DNA of 64,000 nucleotides. Origin: Asterias rubens (taxonomy: Eukaryota). The notes under the pieces were generated by a model. It was not told where the DNA came from and did not search any database. It saw only the letters and a list, made by a program, of their open reading frames with translations. The stretch spans positions 8,556,001 through 8,620,000 of the forward strand of contig NC_047069.1 in the NCBI RefSeq assembly GCF_902459465.1. Reading direction: 5' to 3'. This document shows, piece after piece, positions 13,001 through 23,945 of the stretch. How positions within the stretch are numbered: the first letter of the stretch is position 1; each line of letters begins with the position of its first letter. The position numbers and the translations under genes were made by a program.

Positions 13001-14464
13001 ATAACGCATCGCCCACTATTTCTGTCTCGCCTGAGACAACTTAATTTAAATCAGCTGGAAAAGTAATATTGTCAAGCTTTATAATCAGAAAACTGATCTG
13101 AGGGGAAGTGAATTAATATAAGCGGTGGGGGAGGGTAACGAATGCATAAAAATGAGCATTCCGTTAGAACCCGGGGACTTACATAACAATTATGAAATTA
13201 TATAAAATGGATTAAACGTATAATAATTAGTAATTTATTTAGACCTCTTATGTGTGTGTGTTATTTGTTCCACATCGAAACAGTTTTACCACTCATCTCA
13301 TGATATTATTTCGATGGCTTTTACAAAATGAATGTTTTGTTCGCGAGTTTGACTTTCCTCCCTACCCCCTCCAATAACGAAACGATCATACGCGAAAGTG
13401 AAATAGGCTGACATTTTCCGGATCTTAACCTTCATTACTCCGAGGCAAAATGCTTCCTTCACCCATCAGTCACCCCATAAAACTCGGTTATATAGGCGAT
13501 ATTGGTCATGCCAACGCGTTAAATAGGGCTTGAAGAAGGTTTTAGCAAAACGCAGCAAATGTGTTTTGGAAGAATTGGGGCTTGTCCCACTTTGACGGCA
13601 ATGGCGAAAATACCGGCTTTTCTTAGAGCGATGCACTCTTAAGCCATACCCTCTCGATAACAGAGATCTTCCCGGTACATCGCTCATCGTTCATGGCACA
13701 TTCGATCCGTACTCAGGTTGCAATTTGATCGGACAAAAAAAAGAGTTATGATCTGTTTGAATGCGCTCCCCGTGATTAAGAACTAATGTAAATCTATCAT
13801 AGTCCAGACTCATCGCATGTCTGCTTTTAAAGGCAACGTGTAATAGTTTTTCACTTTAAGAATGAAACAGATCACAATTGAATACTATTTTGGTTTTATG
13901 ATCAACTTGGATTTACTTTTTTTAAGAAGGTAAAAAGCAAAGTCCAGTATGGTCACTGTAAGCTGCCTGCCTCCCCGATTTAAGCCTTTTATTAAAAGGC
14001 TCTATATTCGATTCCATCGGGTAATCCTAAGATCTAAGCATATTGAAACAGGCGATTCAAGCCTAAAGACATTGCAGTCTGGATCACGAATTTCATACAT
14101 TCAGCCTTCATAAAATGAGATTGTCTGCCACGTGGATTTGATTCTCATAAATCAGGTGTCAATCATATGAAATTATCCACTTAACATATTATTAATACAA
14201 CAATAAGTCCATAGGATACTTCGATAGTGATTCAAAGCAATTAAAGTAGTCATCTCTTCATTAAATAATCGTTTATTTTGATGATGTTGACACAGAAAGT
14301 CATTATTTGTATTTGTTGCTTTTTGTCCATTGTGTAAAGTAATAGAAGCTGTAATCATACAATATTGGTAGAAATTACACGGGTTTCAGTACATAATCTG
14401 AGTACAACTTCCTTATATATCCGTGATAAGTTGTCTTGACATATATTCTCTGCTTATAAGTTAA

Positions 14465-14839
14465 AGGCAGTGGACACTTGGTAATTACTCAAAATAATTA
14501 TCAGCATAAAACCTCACTTGGTAACGAGTAATGGGGAGAGGTTGATAGTACAAAACATTGTGAGAAACGGCTCCCTCTGAAGTGACTTAGTTTTCGAGAA
14601 AGAAGTAATTTTCCACGAATTTGATTTCGAGACCTCAAGTTTAGAACTTGAGGTCTCGAAATCAACCGCCTAAACGCACACAACTTCGTGTGACAAGGGT
14701 GTTTTTTCTTTCATTATTATCTCGCAACTTCGACGACCAATTGAGCTCAAATGTTCACAGGTTTGTTATTTCATGCATATGTTGAGATACACCAAGTGAA
14801 AGACTGGTCTTTGACAATTACCAATAGTGTCCACTGTCT
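14465..14839 (+). mobile_element. Kolobok-like MITE family 1, near full length
   Basis: TTAA on both sides, TIRs, central 21-bp hairpin 14621-14665. Confidence 0.9.
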
Positions 14840-15975
14840 TTAAAACCAAACATTATTATTATGTTCATGCTTACCTCTCCTTCTTTGCAATATTGTAAAG
14901 TCGAAGTTGTTGTTATTACTTTGTTATACGTTTCCCCAGGGTATGGGGTTTGTTCCGATTTTGGAATAAAACAAATAATACAACACAATACAATACAATA
15001 TACAATACAATAACAAAACAATACTAATCAGTAAAGATACAAAATAAAAACGAGTGGGCATAAATATACGTTGATAATTTTCTATGAATACATGCCGAGA
15101 TCAAATGACTGTGTTATTTGATCGGATGCTTAAAGTCCTTGGCTACCGTTCTCTTAACAAAAACAACGGTATTTGAAATTGAAACGAGGAATAGAATAAA
15201 CAATGCTTCAATTCGATTATTCTTAGACATAGCTTGCAAACCATCCAACTGTTTGGTCAAGACAAACATAGACCAATCACTTTCTACCTGCATTGCGGTA
15301 TGGTTGTAAACTACGGGATTTTTGTCTTCATTCTTTGCTGAAAGTAAAAGGCAACATGTGACTTATTTATCATCGTGCAGTACATATTTCGGTTTGGCAA
15401 ATAATAACTATCTGTCTCAGGTTAAAAGCATTGTGTTGAACTGTGAAAGTTACAAGCTAGATGTTGGTGTGTTTTTTTTTAGATAATCTTCCTATCAACT
15501 AACTCGGCAAACTCACACAAGGGGATATAAACGTCAAGCTGGCAACAACCAATCTCTCTCATCATACATTAGTTTTTAAACGTTAAAACGTCTATGATTA
15601 TGAATTGCACAAAAACAAGACATTGTGATTCAGTATTGGTTCCATGAATCCTCCTTGAATTTCCGTAGGACCGTTTTCGCGATGTGACAGGATTTTCCTC
15701 GTACAATTTTCTCCTTCATCGATCTTTATTGTATGTATTTTTACTGCTCGATCAACCGTCAAGCAAGGGTCGATTTTGTTCTTGAAGATTTAGGTCCAAT
15801 GATTCTGCGAGTATTTTTGGTAAATATTTCCAGGAAAATCTGTACGTTGTCCTTGCTTTTTATTTTTCTATGAGTGAGGCGTCCTATTTATTTTAAACTA
15901 GGAGACAAAAACCGTGTCCTTTGGGTTGCGGTGTTTTCAGAAAATTCCTTGACCGCTTTGTTTCAAGTGTTTTGA

Positions 15976-16001
15976 TGTTGTTGTTGTTGTTGTTGTTGTT
16001 G
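15976..16001 (+). repeat. (GTT)n microsatellite
   Basis: Directly visible; a similar degenerate tract lies at about 553-581. Confidence 0.85.
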
Positions 16002-16193
16002 TGTTTTTGGTTCGTTTTGTTTTGTTTCCCCCGTGAAATGAAGACCTATATTCAGTTGGTATAATGATACATCAAATACACGAGAACGCACTGTATTATG
16101 AACACAAAACACATTTCACTAGGCGTACATTAGGTAGTCGCGGCAAAATAATCATAAACACCCCGGGTTTTTGTGCAATGGCCATGGCTTTAA

Positions 16194-16487
16194 AGGCAGT
16201 GGACACTATTGGTCATTACTCAAAATAATTATTAGCATAAAACCTTTCTTGGTGACGAGTAATGAGGAGAGGTTGATGGTATAAAACATTGTGAGAAACG
16301 GCTCCCCCTGAAGTGCCATAGTTTTTGAGAAAGAAGTAATTTTCCTCGAATTTGATTTCGATGACCGATCGCAAGTTCGATGACCGATTGAGCTCAAATT
16401 TTCACAGGTTTGTTATTTTATGCATATGGTGAGATACACCAACTGTGAATGCTAGTCTTTGACAATTACCAATAGTGTCCACTGCCT
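16194..16487 (+). mobile_element. Kolobok-like MITE family 1, internally deleted
   Basis: TTAA flanks and TIRs intact; central hairpin region missing. Confidence 0.88.
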
Positions 16488-17624
16488 TTAAACAGGTTTT
16501 TGGGGAGACACAAGTTTATGATGCCCAACTTTCGAATGATTTGAAATCGCTGCACAAAAAAGTCGATGTACTTTTCATCACTTGAAGCCAAATGTGCTTT
16601 CGGTGTGCTGAACAACATACCCGTAAGAAACAGGTCAGGAAATGCAAGATCATTCTTTACAAAATGGTGTTCCTGAGGACGCCAGACTGGATTTAAACCA
16701 TGCATGCACAGACTTTGAAATATATCATTTGTACCAGTTCCTATCCCCAGCTTCTTCTCTTATTACACTACTCCTTTCCATAATTTAGATATCGCGTTTC
16801 TTCATTTTCAAGTCTGTATTTTATTCATGAGTTGAATTCTAGTACGACTGAATTCAGATTCGCATTGCTTAACCATGCCCCGTTTTCTACCAAAAGAAGT
16901 TTGACCTTATAGACAACATACAGCCAGGAATGTTTTCATGTTACCGCATCCATCACATACGTATATGGAAAGTCATTTTGAAGGCTATCACGTTGAATTT
17001 CAAAATGGTTTAGGGGGCTTTGGCAAACACATCAGCAGGATGAGTTAGAACAAACGTCTACGGTAAACACAATTATAGCTAGGATGGTTTATGCACGCCA
17101 GAGGATAGAGACGGTTTGAGAACTGGGTGATCAATAAAATTGAACTCTGATCAAACCAGAAAGGTGAAATCCTATCACACCGTACCAGCACATCAATTCC
17201 TTGTACAAACCCCACTCCGGGTTCCACCCACCTTGGGCTTGTGGTAAAGAAACCGTTCACTGATTCTCAGTCGATCAGGATCGAATAACCTGCCGTGAAT
17301 TTGAGAGGAGCCTCTGTAAAGTACTTGGGGTCCCGGCTAAGTAGAAAGAGTACAAAACAAAACGAAGTGTGGGAACATGTGTGTTCTCCAGTGGTGTAAA
17401 TTTAATATCACAAGCGAAAGTAACACCTGCACCGTTAAATTCGGTCATGTGTCATGTTGTGCTCATGTTTTCGAGTGACTGTACTCGAGGGGCAGATCGA
17501 TTGGAAGTGGATAATTGAATACATTGTACTTTGACTCGACACATCTTTCAATTCGCTGACGATTTCGAAGCTGCCATTTTTCTCAGTTTAATCAACAATG
17601 AAGGAAATCAAAAGAGTTTTTTTT

Positions 17625-17738
17625 ATATATATTGCTCACTCATGAGATTTTCAAAATTGCATTCTTTCGGTTTCATTAACAATTTAAGGAAATTAAAATG
17701 AGTTTTTAATATAAATATATATTGCTCACTCATGAGAT
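17625..17738 (+). repeat. 24-bp direct repeat pair (ATATATATTGCTCACTCATGAGAT), 90 bp apart
   Basis: Identical at 17625-17648 and 17715-17738. Confidence 0.8.
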
Positions 17739-18843
17739 AAAAACGTTCATTAGGCGATTGAAAAAAGTAACAAAGTTTGGCCAGTAACTCTTCCCCCCCC
17801 CCCCCCCCCTCACAGCAAGCACACATCTTCACTCCCGTTTGTTACTGACTAAAAAAAAACAAGAACAACTCGAGCGTTCAAAATTTGTATTTTTATTTAA
17901 AACCTTCCTCTGAACCCACGTTGTACACCTTTCATCACGGAGAATGTTTTTCTTTTTCCATACGGTGCCAGAGGGCCACTGTTTTACAAGGAACGAAAAA
18001 AGGAGAGGAAATTAAGACGTGTGAAAAGGGGAAAATATTAAAACGCGTAGTGGGAAATGTACAAGCGAGGCAGGATTCGATGAGACAGAGGGTTCCACTA
18101 CTGCCCGGAGGAATCTAAGATGAGAGAAACTGTGAGCATATATGTGAGCGTATTGTAGTAGCGGCACATAGTGAAACTACTGCACATGTGTTTCCATCAG
18201 TGGATTTCAGGCGCAGTTCCTTGTCCCTCTTGTAGATATTATCTTCCCTTTGAGCATACAGAAGCAGGGGATAATTCGAGAGTGGAGAAATTGCAATGAA
18301 CCTCCGTATTGAGTGAGCCGCGAAAACCAATATCAGTAGGAAACAGATGGTCCATTATCTTATAGTCCGAATAGAATCTTGAATTTGAAGAGTTGATTCT
18401 GTATTGAAGAGGATGGGACCGAATTTCAAGATTTATAGTGTCAAAGAATACTATTTATAAGCGAAGAGTACAAAACTGTTGATGTAATCCAAGTCTAGCT
18501 ATTCTGTGTAGTCTACTTCTGGAATAATGGTCTAATTTCCGTAATTCAGTTAGTAATCTCGGAGTTCAACTCGGGGCAACTTGACACAGATACTCCCTTA
18601 TCTATCTTGCCATCGAGCGGTTCGTTTCACATTTTGTCCCCTATCTGCTTTACATTTCTCCGGTCTACACTAACAAAACAATCTTATCCTGCCGTTGTTG
18701 GGTGTATAGTTTCCCCGGTTGCATTGTCCAATGTGAAGTTGGTGTGCAGTATATTGACCTAAAGCAGCCTGTGCGACGTGATTTCCTGTATAAATATGTT
18801 TTTAGTATTTAACAGAAATCTTGACTTGGCTCAATGTGCCTAC

Positions 18844-18889
18844 AAAATAAGAAATAAGAAACTATATATAGTTTCTTATTTCTTATTTT
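18844..18889. repeat. Perfect 46-bp spacerless palindrome
   Basis: AAAATAAGAAATAAGAAACTATA|TATAGTTTCTTATTTCTTATTTT. Confidence 0.9.
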
Positions 18890-18964
18890 ATATAGTAACT
18901 TGCGGGTACACCAATAATGTAAATCTCTCTGTGATAGTGTTGGCTCTGAAAACAGCCGGTGTGG

Positions 18965-19006
18965 TATCGACGTTTCGAACAGTAAACTCTGCTCGTCTTC
19001 AGGAAA
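18965..19006 (-). ncRNA. Minimal type I hammerhead ribozyme motif, best-preserved copy; head of a repeat spanning about 18896-19006
   Basis: Minus strand reads UUUC-CUGAAGA-C-GAGCAG(AGUUUA)CUGUUC-GAA-ACGU-C-GAUA: conserved core, 6-bp stem II, palindromic ACGU stem III, GUC cleavage triplet, stem I with 3 of 4 pairs. Confidence 0.72.
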
Positions 19007-21349
19007 ATCCGGTATTGTTGTCAATTAAAGGAACTATGTGAACCGTTTTTACTTGACACACAACAGGGGGGAAAGTACACGTTGAAAATATCACAACCGA
19101 CGGTGCTGAAAATGAAAACATCTGAAGGACTGTTATTATATGTTTCAGTGTAGGTCCACGTTATTTTAAACGGTTTATGTATTGACAAAAACACTATGCA
19201 ATTCGTGCCACCAATGAGAAAAATTTTCCTTATAATATATATACATTTTTTTTTTGCTTATATTTTTTTAACACAGTGCTATCACCGAAGAAAAACAATG
19301 TCAGGTAATCGGCAAAGACTATATAAACAGTGTCCTCACCAAATTTGTGTTCTGCTCTGAACAAATACACGCATTATTATTAAAAACACGACCCCGATTT
19401 GCATAGGTCCGTATAGAACAAAGTCAGAGCTGAATTGATGAGTTCCTGTCCCCTCAAGTAACGAAAAAAAAAATCGACGAAAATCCTCCCTATTTCCTTG
19501 AGGAATGTTCTTGGAGTGGGTGTGCTGTGGCAGAAGATCAATAACGTGCTAGAGAATCACGTCCCTGCATGTGCAAATTACTCTCGCACTGCATGAAAAA
19601 CGCTCACCATAAACCGGCTGAACGATTTTTTTTCCAGGGGATAAACAATACTGTGACGGGGTTTCAGGATAGACAACAAACATGCGCGGTCTGTATAGTC
19701 GTTGATCCATGATAAGTGCTCACCTGTTTTAGGCCCGTTAATTAAAATGCGTTATAAGTAAGATAGAAGGCCCTTTCCCCATATTTAAATCGCAAACAAC
19801 GTTACGCATCTTCGAAATGGAATCTCACATTGCTCTCAGATCTTAAAATCCGACACCATCATTGATTGTGGAAAGAAACCAGATACCGGTATTCCACTCC
19901 AAGAAGTGAAATAAACCAGATCGAATTTGTTGAGATTTCTATTGAAGGGTGTGTTGCCATTGTTGACGTGTCATATCACATCACACTCCGTCAAGATAAA
20001 TTGTAGTGCATTATGTGTTCCCTTTTCACCCTTACCTATCACTTCAATCACTGAGTGGCCCGGAGCCCTCTTCCTCTGCAAGGTGACCCCGCCTGGCCCA
20101 CGATTCTTCTGGCGTTATCGCTCACAGGAGATGTTGGTATTAACCCCCCATTATGTGCTGAATCACACTATAAGTCATAGTATTATTATCGGCTAAAAAC
20201 TGTCTACGTCGAATAGCTTTTCATATCCTGACGCTAAATATTGAATTTCTAGACATCGATATTTCGACTAAATTAGGCAGCACATAACAGTATGGATTAT
20301 AACTTGACAGGAGACAAATTGGCTAGTTAAAAAAAATACTTTTTAAGCGTCCCTGGATCTTCAGGTTTTGTCGTGAGTCCCATATTCTGGCAAACATGAC
20401 CCTCCCACTGAAGACAATAGTATTACACAAATAATAATTATGAGCATTTATATTATCTATAAACATTGTTAGTAAATTATTAACAATTATGATAAACAAC
20501 ATCATCAAGAACATTATTTTACAACTACCTTGTTTCATAAATGCATAAATGCAGATTTTCTTGTTATATGAATTTCGAAAATGTTGTTGTTTGTTAAAAC
20601 TAAATAATTACGCAACGAGATTTAACGTGATGCAATGATGACCTATAGTTTTTTGACAAGTGCAGTCATCCACCTTTAAGGTATCTGTCATTTAACTTGA
20701 TAAATCGGAAGACTCTATAAGTGGATGCGTTTACAATGCTGGATTGACTTTGTCATTTCCTTTTAGAGCGTTGACTCGTTTCATTAACTTTTAGTCGTTG
20801 ACATCTCCTCCCCCCTTTTGTATGCTTCTTGGCAAATTGTATTGGCCTTTACAAGCTGTTATTCCAAAAAGATAGCACCATCCCATATTGAACTGCTAAT
20901 CAATGCTTATCATTAATACTGTGGTGTTACCGCAAACCAAATATATATTGATACCTCGCCATGCATTGCCTTAAATCCTAAATTAATACTGTTGTTATTT
21001 ATATAATGGAATTTAAATAACTGCAGTTTCTGCTGCTCCAAAAAATGTCTCCAAGATGCAATACGTACTGAACCCTTTTTGAATCAACAGATTTGGGCTT
21101 GAGCTAAGGCTTGAGCTTCGTTCGCTTCAAGTTGATTAAAACCCCGTTTATAGATAATGGCACGTTTTCTAAGCCCAAGCCTAAGGTTTCTAAACCAGTC
21201 CGATTATAGCCAAAGTAACCGTAGTGTACACGAGCGGAGGTAAAAAGCATTTTCAGACGTCTTGTTGTATTGGCTATACAGTCTAAGTACTGGTAACTGT
21301 GGTTAATAAAACTTGATGAAGAAGTAGTCTAATGTTAAGCGTATGAATA

Positions 21350-21531
21350 ATAGACCGTTATCACGGTGTATGGCCATCTTGAATTTCTCCCATTGATATC
21401 AATGTTACCAAAACCGAGGCTGGAAGAACAAAATAGTCCGGTTCCTATTTGTACAATGATTATAAGCATACATTATTGTTATTCGCTAGTAGGAACAAGA
21501 CCAAGATGGAGGCAGTATGATACAGGTCTAT
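21350..21531. mobile_element. Short MITE-like element with ATAGACC/GGTCTAT ends; related fragment at about 36733-36800
   Basis: 7-bp terminal inverted match; internal GGCCATCTT...GTTACCAAAAC(C)GAGGCTGG shared between the two loci. Confidence 0.5.
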
Positions 21532-23144
21532 AAGGCATCAGTTTTGGATTATGTGCAGGCAAAGACACATACTTATGCAAACTATGCCACAGGCGAGGCA
21601 GCGAGTACACAAACCAACAGACAAACAGTCAATGCAAACAGGCCGGGAACAAACACCCTGACAGGCAAGTGGCAAAGAACAAACAAACAGACGGGCATAC
21701 AAAGACAGATGGCTTACTCTTAATGACAAAAACTTTCCTCTGATCACAACAGATCAAGCTTTGATAGATGTCTTATCATTATCAAAAGGCACTATATTTA
21801 TTTGAATACTTTCCACAGGGAAACTGTGGTGTCGTGGGAAATTACAGACAAAGAGCCATTTACAAGCGTGCAATTTAGAAAGTAAGTCAATGGGACTGAA
21901 ATTAAAAAGGGAATGAAGTAAATGGAGAGGGAGACTCTGGAAGGAAATTGGATCCCTACCACGGAAAATGGAAAGGTTAGCTAGAATGAACCCCCAATGA
22001 TGGAAAGTGACATGGGGAAAAACAAAACTTCAACATTAAAGAAAAGCAGCCGCGTCGAGCGGGCGAAAACATTTTAAAATATAAGGGGGGTAATCCACAG
22101 AGATTTATTGCTTTTCTGTGGCCCCAAATTACGTATATCTCCGCTGACAGTCAATTTATTCAGTGTAGGCCTTTTATAATTTCAACCAACTCAAGATATG
22201 TAGAAAAGATTGAGTTATGGAGAGATATATTAAGTCCATTCCAAATTAATTTCCGTTTGAGAGACTGATGGTGACATTGATTTAGTTAGATCTCAATCAC
22301 AGCCACTTTTTCCAAATGTCACAGCCTATCACAGGGGCCCGTCATGTATGAAATCGCAGCTTATTAAAACAATCAAGCACATCTTTCCTGCCGTGAATTA
22401 GATTGGATAAAGAGTCAATTATTTCGCTGCTATAGTGCCAGCGCTCGTCTTCCGCGGCCGGGGCACCTTTCAATCATTTCCCCGATTAAAGAAGACGGGA
22501 AATTATTCGATTTTTATCGATGATCCGTTCATTGACGCGTTAGGTTCATAGACTTCCGTCCAAATGTTGAACTTTTGCGAAAAAGGCAGCAAAAAGACAT
22601 CCAAGATGGTTATAAATTGTTCAAATACAAATGCTTATCTATAGACCCAATGATGTTGAGCTTTGTGTAGCACGACATATGCCAATAATAACGCAGTGCG
22701 CCAATTCCCTACAGTAAACATGCCACTACATCGAGTCTTGCTTTCTCAGCCAGCACTTTATAGAATTTGCTGTGCTATATTAACATCCTCGACTTGACAA
22801 AAAATAAATCGTCTGTTCGGGCGGACAAGGAACACCACGGTTTGAGAGCCTGTGTTATAGAGAGTTGATTATAATCACCATGCGTGGTTTATGGTCGAGC
22901 ACAATTGATGACAACATACGGAAAATGATCCCTATGCAATTGATCCAGCTTGGGCGATTCTGTCTGGGGTTGGATTTGCTTACTTCGCGGGTCGATACAA
23001 AATGTCCGGTTAGTTCAAATCTACATTTTCAAATTGTCTCCAGATTGTGTGACAAGTTCAGAGAGTCCAGCCCTAGGAAACCGTTTCATCAACATTTTAC
23101 ATGCATAAAAAAGCTTACTTAAATAAACTCCAACAATGGTCAGA

Positions 23145-23350
23145 GAGGGTTTGCGGTAAAACCCTTCAAAAAAGCTTTTTGAGTATTATTGGTTTTGAAA
23201 AAACGGTGGTTGAATGCTCAACGTTTCGATCAGTATGCACTGATTGTCTTCAGTAGAGCAAACTGGTCGAAACATTCAGCTATCAACCACTGATTCTGTT
23301 TATAAACAACGCTACTCAACAGAGCTTTGTACACGGTGTTACTGCAAACA
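23145..23350. repeat. Two degenerate hammerhead-repeat copies arranged head-to-head
   Basis: Minus copy 23217-23258 reads CUGAAGA-C-AAUCAG(UGCAUA)CUGAUC-GAA-ACGU-U-GAG with tail ...UUACCGCAAACC; plus copy from about 23253 has GTCGAAAC and tail TACTCAA...GGTGTTACTGCAAAC. Confidence 0.6.
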
Positions 23351-23596
23351 TCACCCACAAAATACTTCCACAATGCAAATCTTACGGAAAAATTAATATG
23401 AGCGTATTGTTCATATTAACGTTTCCAACAGATTTTCTTTTTTGGGGGGGTGGGGATCGAAGATGCAAAATTAAATTGATGAATTTTCTCCAAAACACGT
23501 GTCCTCAATATTCAAGAGCTGAGTTTGAAAACTCCAAACGAGTCCAATAATAGTGTAATAATGTAATGCCACTTTTTAATGGAGTATTTCCCTTAA

Positions 23597-23945
23597 AGGG
23601 AAGGTAACGTACTCAAAACGTAACTTAAAACTGCTTGGTAACGAGCATTGGAGAGCTGTTGATATAAACCATTTGTGGGAAACGACTCCCTCTGAAGTAA
23701 CGTAGTTTTTGAGAAAGATGTAATGTCTCACTAACATAATAAAAGACTTCTAGTTAGAAGTCTTTTATTCCTATCTGAAAGCACACACATTCGTCCAACA
23801 AGGGTGTTTTTTCTTTCACAATTTTCTCGCAACTTCGATGACCGATTGAGCACAAATTTTCACAGGCTTGTTATTTTATGCTTACGATGGGATACATTAA
23901 GTGAGAACACTGGTCTTTGACAAGTGCCGAACGTGTACAGTACCT
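23597..23945 (+). mobile_element. Kolobok-like MITE family 1, variant termini
   Basis: Body matches family 1; ends AGGGAAGGTA...TACCT; left TTAA, right TTAG. Confidence 0.8.

Noticed and set aside
16466-16705. GPCR TM2-like fragment NDLAFPDLFL
   Set aside because: Single weak motif, no flanking TM1 or TM3 in any frame; ORF ends in MITE sequence.
18115-18350. Signal-anchor-like or DRY-like ORF (WTICFLLILVFAAHSIRRFIAISPL)
   Set aside because: Preceded by an in-frame stop with no ATG, no convincing splice sites and no continuation.
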